This document shows, piece after piece, positions 1-9,861 of a stretch of 35,863 nucleotides of DNA; position 1 is the first letter of the stretch, and each line of letters starts with the position of its first letter. The translations under genes were made by a program, and so were the position numbers. The notes beneath the pieces were generated by a model, which saw nothing but the letters and a program-made list of their open reading frames with translations, did no database searches and was not told where the DNA came from. This stretch comes from a virus (lineage: Duplodnaviria; Caudoviricetes): IMG/VR virus record IMGVR_UViG_3300030372_005731, positions 1-35,863 of that record; one strand, given 5' to 3'.

Positions 1-130
1 ATCGAGAAAAGACTTCACGCCTTTAACTGAATCCATAATCGATTTGTTTTGTAGTTCCAGATTTTGTTCAGCAACGCTTCTTGGTTTTTCGCCAAATGCT
101 GGTATAAACCTTCGGCTAATTTCTCCATTA
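1..130. repeat. Terminal direct repeat, left copy (circular overlap)
   Basis: Identical to 35734-35863 except A at 53 versus C at 35786; an ORF reads in frame through the junction. Confidence 0.97.
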
Positions 131-612
131 TTTAAATTCTCCATAGTTACTACTCTTACAGAGTTATACCTATCAAAATATCTCTCAGCGTCTTCAATAG
201 ACAGGTTATGTTTTTTTGCATATGCAGCTATTACATTATTAGACAAGGGAACAATCTCTTCATGTGTAGCCATGTTTTCTTTTGGGTTATATTTTATATC
301 ATTTACTAGGTTAAATAAGGCTTTATTATCATTAACATAATCTACTGCTGCTTCATAATCCCCCAAGCTTTGTAATGTTTTTATAGTCTCCATAGCTTGT
401 TTCTGTTTTTTTGATTTTTGCTTTTTTTCTTCATTTATTCTATTCCATTTTGAAGATACTGCCTTTTGCTCTTGATTAAATAAGTCTTGTTGTTTTCTGA
501 TATCTAACTGTTTGTTTTGTAAGGCGAGTCTATTTTGTTCTTGCATTTCTTCCTGATCTAAAGCCCTATCTTTTAAACCAAGAGATACCCCTGTGCTATA
601 AGCATTTAACAT
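1..612 (-). CDS. 5' part of a 330-aa putative internal virion/DNA ejection protein continuing at 35733..35353
   Basis: Manual translation from ATG at 612 (MLNAYSTGVSLGLKDRALDQEEMQEQNRLALQ...) is open to base 1 and joins the MDSVKGVKSFLDET frame. Charged and helical, and lies between two other ejection-type genes. Missing from the ORF track. Confidence 0.8.
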   Translation of the reverse strand, partial: MLNAYSTGVSLGLKDRALDQEEMQEQNRLALQNKQLDIRKQQDLFNQEQKAVSSKWNRINEEKKQKSKKQKQAMETIKTLQSLGDYEAAVDYVNDNKALFNLVNDIKYNPKENMATHEEIVPLSNNVIAAYAKKHNLSIEDAERYFDRYNSVRVVTMENLNNGEISRRFIPAFGEKPRSVAEQNLELQNKSIMDSVKGVKSFLD

Positions 613-614
613 TA

Positions 615-2318
615 TTAATAACCCCCTAATATGGAACTACCCTGTCCCTGTCTGGCCGAACCTCTACCACTCTCAAATAAAGCTATATCACTTAGGCCTT
701 GAAAAAAATCAGCGTTTGCCCTTTGATTTGCTGTTGTTGCTTGCGCATCAAAACCTGCTGCTTGTAAACCTAAATTTGCCTGAGGCATGATTGGGGCTGT
801 TGATAGGTCAGCTTGATTTGCAGCTTGCCCAATCCTTGCGTTTAATATATTTGTATCCCTAGCTGACCCTAAAGCCCTTCTTGTCTGATTAGCTTGGTTT
901 TGTGCATTTAACCTTGCATCAGAATATCTTTGCCCCATATTAAGTCTTCTGTCTCCAAACTCTTTTTGTAGGCTTAGACTTCGATCATTAAATAAATCTC
1001 GGTAACCCACGTTCCTTTCCGTAATAGCTTTTTGTTGATTAGCTTTATCTAACATTAAAGCAGCTTTCTGAGGTCCGTATTTTGCTTCAAGATTAGATAA
1101 GCTAGTATTAAATAACTCTGAAGCTGCAGTTTCTAATTCTGCTCTATCTCTGTTAAGATTTTGCATCGCGATATTCTGTCTATCTCTAATATTAGCTATC
1201 TGTTCCCCTTGTCCTCTTTGAATACCTGCAACTTGTCGAGTCTCATCACCTATGCTGTTTGCTAATTGGCTTGCGGTGTCTCGTTGAATGTTTGCTACTG
1301 ATTGAGAAGTTTGCATTCCACGATTCAGCCCCTGTTGATTCATCTCTCTTAATGCTTGTGCTTGATCTGATGTGATTTGTAGATTAGCTCCTTCCAATAT
1401 TTCACGAGCTGCAGCTGGACTTAAACTATAACCTTGTGCGCGCTGAATTTTTTGTAATGCATCAGTAGCTTGGTTTATTCGATATTCATATATAGGGTCT
1501 GTTTCAATGCCTGCAAAATCATTATTATACTTGGCCAACTCTTCTGTTGTGGCAATCCCTTGAAATACTTTGTTTTGCAAAATATTACGGTCCCTCAAAT
1601 CTTGAAACCCTTGATACTCTAACAGTGCATCTTCTGCGCCTTGAGTAATGTAGTCTCTACTTAAAATTCCACCGTCTCGAAGTTCTTGAATTGCTATTTC
1701 GTTCGCATCTAGTACTGCTTTTTCTGAGTCGTCATAAGCATCCTGTATTTCCTCTTTAGAAATAGAATAATTGGATTCAATAATGTTATAAATGTTATTA
1801 GGGTCAAGGCTTCCGTCTTCCAAAACTCTATCTGAATCATCAGCTGAAAAACCTTTGCGAAGCGCGTCTATAGATCCGTCATGCCCATCTTCAAAAGTTT
1901 GTATAGCATCATCATATTGCTCTATAGTAAGCTTGCCTGACTGAACTAACTCTTGCATTGAATTATCAAAATTTTCTTTATCCTTTTTTGCAAGATCAGC
2001 TTCTAAATTATTAAGCTCTTCAATTGCTCCTGTTTCGCTATTGTTTAGATCTCTAATTGTTCCGGCTAATTGCTGATCTACTGCATTTTCACGTGCATAA
2101 GCGTTCCATTCGTAATCTTCCAGTGCTTCATTTACCGTTTTCTCGTATTTTTGCTGAGCATCACGATAAAGATCTGATATTAATTTTCTTTGTCTTCTAG
2201 CTTCCTCTGCTTGAATTTTGGCCGCCTGTCTGTCGGCATCTGCTGTAGCCTGGCCCCCTAAGAATGACAATCCTGCACCTAAACCAAGTGCCCCTGCTAA
2301 AGCTATACTGATTACCAT
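615..2318 (-). CDS. Putative DNA ejection/transfer (internal virion) protein, 567 aa
   Basis: Gly/Ala-rich hydrophobic N-terminus, Q/A-rich helical body, DPIYEYRINQATDALQKIQRAQG motif resembling podovirus DNA-transfer proteins, position after tail hub, GGAGG RBS. Confidence 0.65.
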   Translation of the reverse strand: MVISIALAGALGLGAGLSFLGGQATADADRQAAKIQAEEARRQRKLISDLYRDAQQKYEKTVNEALEDYEWNAYARENAVDQQLAGTIRDLNNSETGAIEELNNLEADLAKKDKENFDNSMQELVQSGKLTIEQYDDAIQTFEDGHDGSIDALRKGFSADDSDRVLEDGSLDPNNIYNIIESNYSISKEEIQDAYDDSEKAVLDANEIAIQELRDGGILSRDYITQGAEDALLEYQGFQDLRDRNILQNKVFQGIATTEELAKYNNDFAGIETDPIYEYRINQATDALQKIQRAQGYSLSPAAAREILEGANLQITSDQAQALREMNQQGLNRGMQTSQSVANIQRDTASQLANSIGDETRQVAGIQRGQGEQIANIRDRQNIAMQNLNRDRAELETAASELFNTSLSNLEAKYGPQKAALMLDKANQQKAITERNVGYRDLFNDRSLSLQKEFGDRRLNMGQRYSDARLNAQNQANQTRRALGSARDTNILNARIGQAANQADLSTAPIMPQANLGLQAAGFDAQATTANQRANADFFQGLSDIALFESGRGSARQGQGSSILGGY

Positions 2319-2330
2319 TAAATTACCTCC

Positions 2331-2741
2331 TTAAATATATTCGACAATAATATAACCTCTATTTAACGTTGTCGATGAATAGTCAGACCCAAATCCACCT
2401 CTTATGATCAGAGTCGTACCCGATCGGATAAAGAAATCATCTATTGTTTTATATTCACCCACAGTCCCATCATCTTTAAACAAAATAAATCTTAGGCTAA
2501 ATACATTAGTTAAATTCAAAGGGGGATAGTCAGCTAAATCTTTTGTTTTAAAATTTGGACTGCCACCACCTGGGTAAACAATGTTAGCACTAGCCGCATC
2601 CCATGGACCTAATTCTATTAACTTTCGTTTCAACGGTGTGTCGCCTGCATAGGCCATAAAAAATCTACTTAACCATGTTAGAAGTGGTCGAAAATCATTA
2701 ATCGACCTAAACTCAGGTAATTTTTCTGTTTTAAAAATCAT
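2331..2741 (-). CDS. Hypothetical virion-associated protein, 136 aa
   Basis: Overlaps the hub gene end within the late operon. Confidence 0.6.
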   Translation of the reverse strand: MIFKTEKLPEFRSINDFRPLLTWLSRFFMAYAGDTPLKRKLIELGPWDAASANIVYPGGGSPNFKTKDLADYPPLNLTNVFSLRFILFKDDGTVGEYKTIDDFFIRSGTTLIIRGGFGSDYSSTTLNRGYIIVEYI

Positions 2742-4296
2742 ACTTATAAAAGTCCTCTATTACAGTACTAATCGACAATTTAACAACGCCTTGATATACA
2801 ATACGAAATTGCCTTGAATAATAACTACCCAAACCATATATTTTTTTTATAGACTGTACACCAGAAGACGCATTTCCTTGATTCATAGCCCGTATTTCAT
2901 CTGGCTGCAATGTTGTATAGTTAACTGGAAAAACCTCTGTTAAATCAATAGACTGAGTATTCTCAAATAAATTTTGATTTAAATCATCCCTGTATGACAA
3001 CATGACTCTTGGAACATACTCAATTTGACCAGCCCATGGACTATAGTTTTGAATAGGACCGCTTTTAATTATCATTGATATGCTTCTTGAAACCTTTCTA
3101 ATGGTACTATCCCCATGATCAATATTGCCTGTGACAAGCTCTAACCTAATGGGTTTACCATTATCAGTAAAAGTATCATCGTCAAAACGCATGAAAGTAT
3201 TATCAAATGCGCTACCAAATATAGTAGCGTTAAAAGACCTTCCGAAGGCACAGCAATTACCAACAAAACGGGATTCTTTCAAAGAAATACTATCATAGTA
3301 AGTCCACTCAGCAAAATAACCAAGCTCTACGTCATATACTAGAGTTTTATTTTCTGATTCAAATATACACATGATAAAATTTTTGCCATTAAATGAAAAA
3401 TCGTACATCCTGCAATCACTAACATTTTTAAAATTCTGTATCTCAAAATCATAATTAGTATTTAATTGTATTATTTGATATCCATTTATGATACTAAATT
3501 TCCTATTACTATCGAATATATATATATTATCAGAAGAATTTGCCACAGAGTATCTTGACATTAGGCCTACGTTTAGAGTGGTACCGGTTATGCGCCGAAA
3601 ATCCCCTAACGAGTCTAAATCCCAAAATTCAATAGTATTAGTACCAAACACGTGAATAACGTTTCTAAAAACATGCATGGCAATAACATCATCGGGGGCC
3701 GACTCAGCAATAAAATAATGTGACGCGTCCCATGACGTTGGCGCTGTATTAGGGGCAAATGGAGCCCAATGTATGCGAGAAGTATCACTATCTAATGCGA
3801 CTATATATTGATTTAAAAAATCAATATGTGTAACAGATGTTGGCGCATCTGTGTCAGTTACTTTATAAAGCGAATACCCTGAATTTAGAATATAATAAAT
3901 AGAAGATCCTTTTGCAATTGCCATATGACTTCCGTTAGTACAAAAAGAAGCAAATTTATCACCTTCTAATTTTGTATTCATCAATCGAGCAGCAAAAGGC
4001 AATGATTTTCCATTAAAGCTAGCTGTACTCATATAAATGGCTGCCACTGTACCATCCTCACCAACAAATATTAACTCTTCCGGATTGTCCCACCATACAA
4101 TCCCAACAGAATGGTTTATCCCAGGGATTGCCAACGCTGAATTTCCATTTGAGACACCAGGTCTAGAGACTAAATTAGAATTATCGCCTTCGATATTAAA
4201 ATAGCCATTTTTTAAAATTTCAGAACTACCTTGAAGTACCTCAGAGTCAACGTTTTTATTTGCTGGACGATTAAAGAACAGCTTTGCCTTAGTCAT
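2731..4296 (-). CDS. Tail hub / DNA stabilization protein (P22 gp10-like), 521 aa
   Basis: Beta-rich; AESAPDDVIAM...VFGTNTIEFW and C-terminal GLGSYYSRQFRI motifs typical of gp10-like hubs; size and position fit. Confidence 0.8.
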   Translation of the reverse strand: MTKAKLFFNRPANKNVDSEVLQGSSEILKNGYFNIEGDNSNLVSRPGVSNGNSALAIPGINHSVGIVWWDNPEELIFVGEDGTVAAIYMSTASFNGKSLPFAARLMNTKLEGDKFASFCTNGSHMAIAKGSSIYYILNSGYSLYKVTDTDAPTSVTHIDFLNQYIVALDSDTSRIHWAPFAPNTAPTSWDASHYFIAESAPDDVIAMHVFRNVIHVFGTNTIEFWDLDSLGDFRRITGTTLNVGLMSRYSVANSSDNIYIFDSNRKFSIINGYQIIQLNTNYDFEIQNFKNVSDCRMYDFSFNGKNFIMCIFESENKTLVYDVELGYFAEWTYYDSISLKESRFVGNCCAFGRSFNATIFGSAFDNTFMRFDDDTFTDNGKPIRLELVTGNIDHGDSTIRKVSRSISMIIKSGPIQNYSPWAGQIEYVPRVMLSYRDDLNQNLFENTQSIDLTEVFPVNYTTLQPDEIRAMNQGNASSGVQSIKKIYGLGSYYSRQFRIVYQGVVKLSISTVIEDFYKYDF

Positions 4297-5308
4297 TCTC
4301 TAAAGCCTCTATTCTTTTGTGTAATTCAGAAATATAAATAAATTGAGATTCAACTGTCTCCCATAGTTGATTTGTTAATTCACCAAGAGAAGGTTTTCTT
4401 CTTTGAAACGATTCCCTTCCTATAATTGTGGATAAATGCAAGTGTTTTTTAGTGAAGTCAATCTCTTCTTGCAATGATTTTAATTTATAATCCTTATCAT
4501 TATCATCTTTGGGAGCCCCTAAATAAACATATTCAAAAACCTTATCTAAAAGTTGAGTTCCATCATCATATACACCGTTTTCTGCATTAACCGTCCCATT
4601 GCCCATAAAGCCACCACTTGGATTGCCGTATATGGCAGCATTAGACTCTCTTATTCCTGGGTCGTTAAATCGTGAACTAATTACCGGAAAATAATTAGTA
4701 TTAATAATACTACCCCATATATCATAAGGTACATTATCACCACTATGATATAATCGCACCGATGCGCCCGCACCACCCGTAAAGATTTCTCTTTTTGGGG
4801 CGATTACTTCTCCATTAATATGTAATATTTTTCCTGCCGCAATATCAAATTTAGCACTACTGCCAGCATCAAATAATAATGTAATATTGCTTGGGATAGT
4901 TGCTTCGTTTTCAATTGTCACGTTCGTATCACCTGTAATAACTAATGTCTTAGCATCGCCACCTGCAGATAATACAGCTGTATCAAGCGCTACCTTATTA
5001 TAGCCATAGCTAGTAAGATTGATTTCATTGCGTAAGCTTTGAATCTGATCGACATTTTGAAATGTATTTATATTAGCCCCTGTTGAAGTTGATATTTTTA
5101 CTGTATATCTACCTGAGCCATACAGAACTATTCGTCCAGAAGAAGACATAATGGTCGGGTTTGCTGAATATCCTGTTGTATCAGTATAATCTGGGGTAGT
5201 ATATACATTTTTTAATGTACTCCCATCAGGCTCATAAAAACCAACGATAGCCCCAGCCCAGTCGCTATTACCTGATGCTAAGAATTGAAATAAACTAGCC
5301 TTACTCAT
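4289..5308 (-). CDS. Short tailspike/fibre-like protein with N-terminal virion-attachment domain and C-terminal chaperone-like coiled coil, 339 aa
   Basis: N-terminal FYEPDGSTLKNVY..ANPTIMSSSGR..GRYTVKI resembles head-binding domains; TIPSNITLLF..ILHINGEVIAP..IFTG resembles a tailspike neck; SLGELTNQLWETVE..YISELHKRIEALE resembles intramolecular chaperone ends. Confidence 0.6.
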   Translation of the reverse strand: MSKASLFQFLASGNSDWAGAIVGFYEPDGSTLKNVYTTPDYTDTTGYSANPTIMSSSGRIVLYGSGRYTVKISTSTGANINTFQNVDQIQSLRNEINLTSYGYNKVALDTAVLSAGGDAKTLVITGDTNVTIENEATIPSNITLLFDAGSSAKFDIAAGKILHINGEVIAPKREIFTGGAGASVRLYHSGDNVPYDIWGSIINTNYFPVISSRFNDPGIRESNAAIYGNPSGGFMGNGTVNAENGVYDDGTQLLDKVFEYVYLGAPKDDNDKDYKLKSLQEEIDFTKKHLHLSTIIGRESFQRRKPSLGELTNQLWETVESQFIYISELHKRIEALEND

Positions 5309-5323
5309 AATGTATACTCCTTA

Positions 5324-6337
5324 CTAATCAAAATCATATCCTTGAGGAATGAACCGCACAGGCTCATTTTTCATAGAAGAATATTCTATTTTTTTCTTAG
5401 AAACATCTGCAATCGATCTTAATTGAATAACTCTATCCATGGGAACCCCTTGAGAAATAGCTAACTTAACGGTTAAACAATCAACCAATGCTTCTCCCCA
5501 TTCAATTGGAAATGATATTAGTCTATTTCTATTATCACCATCGATATTTATATCCATTGATGATGTTGTTGTGATATTACATTCGCACTGATATTCATTT
5601 TTATCTGGGTATGGAAATAGATGCAATCTACCCATTAATTTATTTTGAACTGGGCTAGTTAATGAGCCACCCCCCTCTAAGAATTTTTCTATATAATAAT
5701 GAGAAGGCTTGCCTGTGGAAAAATAATCAATTTTCTTAAAGTATTCATCACGACCCATCTCTTCTAACATTAAACCAGAGTCATTTTTTTTAGATTTATC
5801 TTTCAATTTAACCCCGTTTACATCAAGTAGGTAGGGTATGATTTTACTGTTTTCTTGCTTTCTAATAATACCTGAAGCGCTATTCGGTATATCTAAAGAT
5901 CGAATTGTTTTATAGTATGTATTAGGTAAATAGACATTTACAGTTGTATTGTTTTTGCCTTGCTTCCAAAAAGATCTCCAATTATTAGTCGACAAGCCGC
6001 CTGGCGGGCCAGGCAAGTTGTACCCGCTTTGCACACATTCAAAATTAATATTCCCAGTAGTTTCGCCTTCAGGAATTCCGGTTATTATACTAGAATCTTC
6101 TAATCCAAGTACTAATATATCATTCATCCATAAGAATATACCTTCGGAGTACCATGACTTTACCAGTAAATTTAAATAATCTACACCAATACTTAGTAAG
6201 TCGTTTTTAAGCCCTGCAGAGGGGTCAATATAAGATGATACATTAACAGTTATACCCAAATTTCTATAAGCCAACTTAACAATTTCTTTTATCTCTAACT
6301 GAAAACTACTCATGTTACTCTCCGTCATAAGGTTCAA
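5324..6337 (-). CDS. Tail adaptor / tail tubular protein A-like (likely start 6313)
   Basis: EIVKLAYRNLG..YLNLLVKSW...GKPSHYY...LHLFPYPD...FPIEWGEALVDCLTVKLA pattern of podovirus adaptors; GGAG RBS before ATG 6313. Confidence 0.75.
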   Translation of the reverse strand: MNLMTESNMSSFQLEIKEIVKLAYRNLGITVNVSSYIDPSAGLKNDLLSIGVDYLNLLVKSWYSEGIFLWMNDILVLGLEDSSIITGIPEGETTGNINFECVQSGYNLPGPPGGLSTNNWRSFWKQGKNNTTVNVYLPNTYYKTIRSLDIPNSASGIIRKQENSKIIPYLLDVNGVKLKDKSKKNDSGLMLEEMGRDEYFKKIDYFSTGKPSHYYIEKFLEGGGSLTSPVQNKLMGRLHLFPYPDKNEYQCECNITTTSSMDINIDGDNRNRLISFPIEWGEALVDCLTVKLAISQGVPMDRVIQLRSIADVSKKKIEYSSMKNEPVRFIPQGYDFD

Positions 6338-6593
6338 TATTGAATCCGTCTGCTATTAATTCTGACCTTGTCCAATAGTCACTTGTAGTGGAGTTTAAAA
6401 AACTCGAATAAGTACTATTAGTTTTAGGGTCAAATGCGCTTGGCATTAAATCGTCTATTTCAAACATATACTCACTCAACCATGGATGGTTTTGTAATAT
6501 TGTGTAAGGAATAGACACTCCTAAATAAGTTGTTATTGCACTATCCCATTGCGAAAACAATAAGGTAGAAGTAGTTCGCCCATACTTTTCCAT
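6315..6593 (-). CDS. Hypothetical protein, 92 aa
   Basis: In late operon with a G-rich RBS. Confidence 0.6.
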   Translation of the reverse strand: MEKYGRTTSTLLFSQWDSAITTYLGVSIPYTILQNHPWLSEYMFEIDDLMPSAFDPKTNSTYSSFLNSTTSDYWTRSELIADGFNIEPYDGE

Positions 6594-6625
6594 TATTCGC
6601 CCCCCGTGTTCCCCTAAATCAAGTG

Positions 6626-7477
6626 TTAATTATTTGGCCAAGGGCCCCATCCCGTCGATAAATGCCCCCAAGGCACACCCCATTTTTTAGCCAAGTATTG
6701 CCCTTCTATATACTCTGCTATATCATCAGAATGATCATCTTCATATACAAGCACTTCTGAAAATCCGTTGTACCAATCGGCATAAGCGGTTGGGGTCGGG
6801 TCTGTCTTTCGCCCGAATGAAATGTGATCCAATCCAACCGGAAACGCTGGTGGTGCTTGAGCAAAAGTCCTGCATAAAATGCCATTGATATACACCTTCA
6901 TTTCATTGAGACCAATAACACATCTCAGTATTTGAAAGCATTTACTAACGGAAATGTTATTTCGCAGGCCTTGGTTTGATCCTAGTGTAATGTTATCTGT
7001 TATACCCGTAGCTGTACTATATATTTGAAAGCCCAGACCTTTATTTGAAGAGGAATCATTTCGAATTGCTATTTGATCATTACCTGTGCTACTCCCAAAG
7101 AATATATATGTGCCAAACCATGAGCCTACTGGGTTATTCTGATATCCAAATACAACGTAAAAAGTCATAGGCCAACTTGTCAATGGATACGGCGTTATTG
7201 CATTAGAGCTCATGACGTCTCCATGAAACTGCAAGAAATCCCTTCCGTCAGACATACCTGGTCCTTGGATGATCGCATTATAATTTGAAAAACCACACAA
7301 CCTTGGGCACTGATTAACTGATGGAGACGTTAATTCTATACTTTCATTATCAACATCACGCACTTTTAATACGCGATCTGTCTGTTTCGGTTGTGAATTT
7401 AAAAAATCCCAAGTATAATCATTTGATAAGTCAAACCATATTTTTCTACCATACGAAGGAGGTGAGGTTAATCTCAT
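6626..7477 (-). CDS. Concanavalin A/LamG-like lectin-fold virion protein, 283 aa
   Basis: IWFD near N-terminus, MTFYVVF, MKVYING, FSEVLVYE..IEGQYLAKKWG: LamG-like phage protein pattern. Confidence 0.7.
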   Translation of the reverse strand: MRLTSPPSYGRKIWFDLSNDYTWDFLNSQPKQTDRVLKVRDVDNESIELTSPSVNQCPRLCGFSNYNAIIQGPGMSDGRDFLQFHGDVMSSNAITPYPLTSWPMTFYVVFGYQNNPVGSWFGTYIFFGSSTGNDQIAIRNDSSSNKGLGFQIYSTATGITDNITLGSNQGLRNNISVSKCFQILRCVIGLNEMKVYINGILCRTFAQAPPAFPVGLDHISFGRKTDPTPTAYADWYNGFSEVLVYEDDHSDDIAEYIEGQYLAKKWGVPWGHLSTGWGPWPNN

Positions 7478-7493
7478 AAGTTATTACCCCTTT

Positions 7494-9839
7494 TTAATAC
7501 CGATAATAATCTAATACAACATTCCAAGATGCAGCCGTTCCTCCAGTATCAAAGTTTGCATTCATAACGAGCATGCCGTATAAGTTAGCATTAACGCTTG
7601 AGCTCTTAACTACCCAATCAAAGGCGTTTGACTGCAAGTGCCATCCATCCGTTGTTCCAGTGCTAGATAAAAATTTCTTCTTCTCTACAAATGGGATAAC
7701 CGCTACTAATGGAGTAAGCGCTGCCATAGTGTTGCCCACTGTCATCCAATCCCCATGAGGGGGTATTGTTGCTATTCCACTTACATCATTAAACAACCAT
7801 AAGGATACGTTTGGAGGAAATTGATAAGCCCCGTTTGTAATTAGTCGTGCTCCATGAATAGTATGGACTCGCTGTGAAGAAGTTGCATCAAAGAAGTTAG
7901 TAAACGTGACCCAGTTACCTGTAGTTGTGGAAGAACTAAAAACTTTATTCGTATCCACTGTTGTTGGCGTTACGGGATTGGTAAACGTGCTATCTAAAGT
8001 TAAGCTTGTAGGGTTTTTGTATAAACTATCCAGCTTAGTATTCATAGAGGTAAGAGGTACTGTGTTTGTTTTAATATCTGACAAATCGTCTAACTTAGTA
8101 TCTGAAGATAACGCAGAAGCTTTGATTGATGTGGTGTCAGAGCTGATATCAGTTGTATTTGTAGCTGTTGTGGCAGTAGATGTCGACATAGAATTAGTAT
8201 CTACCAAAATATCAGCTGTATCAGACTTCATTTGAGCAGTATTAGCTTTAACGTTTGCAAGGTCAGTTAATTTTGTATCACATGAAGACACGCTAGAATC
8301 AATGGATGTGTTAGTTGTAGATATGGTAGTTAATGTAGAATTTGAACCTGCAGTGTTTGTTTTTACATCAGCTAAATCACTAGCTAAACCGCCGGTATTA
8401 GTTGCTGTATTAGAAGTGTTTGTAACAACCGTCGCAAGAGCTGTATCGCTAGATGCTGCACTGGCCTTAATAGCAGTTGTATCAACTAATATCGCTGCGT
8501 TTGATGTTACTAAAGTTCCAGTATTGGTTGCAGCGGTAGCTGTCGCTGTGTCAATATTGTTCGTGTCTGCCAATATCCCTGTTGTATCTGAACTTATTGC
8601 TGCAGTGTTGGTTGCTGCGTTCGATGTATTAGTAACGATAGTCCCTAAATTAGTATCTGAAGAAGCAACGGAGGCTTTTATGGCTGTTGTATCTACAAGC
8701 ATAGCTGCGTTGCTAGTAACTAACGTTCCACTATTAGTGGCCGACGTTGCGGTAGCTGTATCAATGTTATTCGTATCAGCAAGTATAGCCGTTGTATCAA
8801 CATTAATAGCTGCAGTAGAGCTGGCCGTATTTCCTGTGTTAGTCGCTGTAGTTGATAAGTCGGAAGCTAAACCGCTTGTGTTAGTATCTGTATTAGCTGT
8901 GCTAGTTGCAATAGCTGTCAAGCTAGTGTCTGAAGATGCTACCGAACCTTTTATCGCTGTGGTATCTACAAGCATAGCAGCATTACTTGTAACAAGTGTT
9001 GCGCTATTCGTTGCTGATGTACCTGTGTTCGTAGCGGTAGTTGACAGGTCTGATGCCAATCCAGATGTATTAGTAGCTGTGTTAGAGGTGTGAGTTTCAA
9101 TTGCCGTTAAGTTTGTATCAGAACTTGCAGTAGACGCCTTAATGGCCGTGGTGTCTACCAATATTGCCGCATTAGATGTAACAAGTGTCCCAGTATTAGT
9201 AGCTGACGTGCCTGTATTTGCTGCAGTAGTAGAAAGGTCTGAAGATAATGAAGCAGTATTTGACGCAGAGTCTGCTGTATTAGTCTTGATATCAGATAAA
9301 TCTCCAAGCTTTGTATCCATAGATGTTGATGAATTAGCTATAGATGTTGTATTAGTTGCTGATGTAGCAGTGCTCGCCGCAGTATTAGAAAGATCTGATG
9401 CTAACCCCGATGTGTTTACGGCTGTTGACTGAGAGCTTGTTTTAATGTCAGCTAAGTCGTTCATCTTTGTATCCATAGATGTTACAGCTGTTGCTGTCGT
9501 GCCTGTGTTTGTTGAGGCTGTAGTGGTAGCGGTATCGATAGATGTTAATTTATTATCAGCTGACGCTGTTGACGTATCGATATTCGTTAACTTAGAAACA
9601 CTATCGCCAGTGTTTGTTGCGACTGTATTTAAGTCAGTTGCTAAGCCGGCAGTATTTGTTGATGTATCTTCTGTAGCAGTTTTAATATCTGCTAACTTTG
9701 TATTCGCCCCTGAAACAGAACTTGCAATAGCTGCCGAGTTAGCTTCTTCACTTTTATATGGACTGCCCGAAGTACCATCTCCAGTAGCAGACAAATATTT
9801 CTTATTGTCATCGGCATCGATAAATTCGAAATTTGGCAT
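7494..9839 (-). CDS. Thr/Ser/Ala/Asp-rich heptad-repeat fibre protein with globular C-terminal domain, 781 aa
   Basis: About 570 aa of 7-residue periodicity between a GDGTSGSPY N-terminal motif and a beta-rich C-terminal domain; AGGGGG RBS. Confidence 0.7.
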   Translation of the reverse strand: MPNFEFIDADDNKKYLSATGDGTSGSPYKSEEANSAAIASSVSGANTKLADIKTATEDTSTNTAGLATDLNTVATNTGDSVSKLTNIDTSTASADNKLTSIDTATTTASTNTGTTATAVTSMDTKMNDLADIKTSSQSTAVNTSGLASDLSNTAASTATSATNTTSIANSSTSMDTKLGDLSDIKTNTADSASNTASLSSDLSTTAANTGTSATNTGTLVTSNAAILVDTTAIKASTASSDTNLTAIETHTSNTATNTSGLASDLSTTATNTGTSATNSATLVTSNAAMLVDTTAIKGSVASSDTSLTAIATSTANTDTNTSGLASDLSTTATNTGNTASSTAAINVDTTAILADTNNIDTATATSATNSGTLVTSNAAMLVDTTAIKASVASSDTNLGTIVTNTSNAATNTAAISSDTTGILADTNNIDTATATAATNTGTLVTSNAAILVDTTAIKASAASSDTALATVVTNTSNTATNTGGLASDLADVKTNTAGSNSTLTTISTTNTSIDSSVSSCDTKLTDLANVKANTAQMKSDTADILVDTNSMSTSTATTATNTTDISSDTTSIKASALSSDTKLDDLSDIKTNTVPLTSMNTKLDSLYKNPTSLTLDSTFTNPVTPTTVDTNKVFSSSTTTGNWVTFTNFFDATSSQRVHTIHGARLITNGAYQFPPNVSLWLFNDVSGIATIPPHGDWMTVGNTMAALTPLVAVIPFVEKKKFLSSTGTTDGWHLQSNAFDWVVKSSSVNANLYGMLVMNANFDTGGTAASWNVVLDYYRY

Positions 9840-9861
9840 AAATTTTCCCCCTAAAATTTAC

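Noticed and set aside
1-130. Biological terminal repeat of the virion DNA
   Set aside because: It falls mid-gene and is more simply an assembly overlap; real termini cannot be determined here.
44-340. 98-aa + strand ORF
   Set aside because: Antisense to the real junction-spanning gene.
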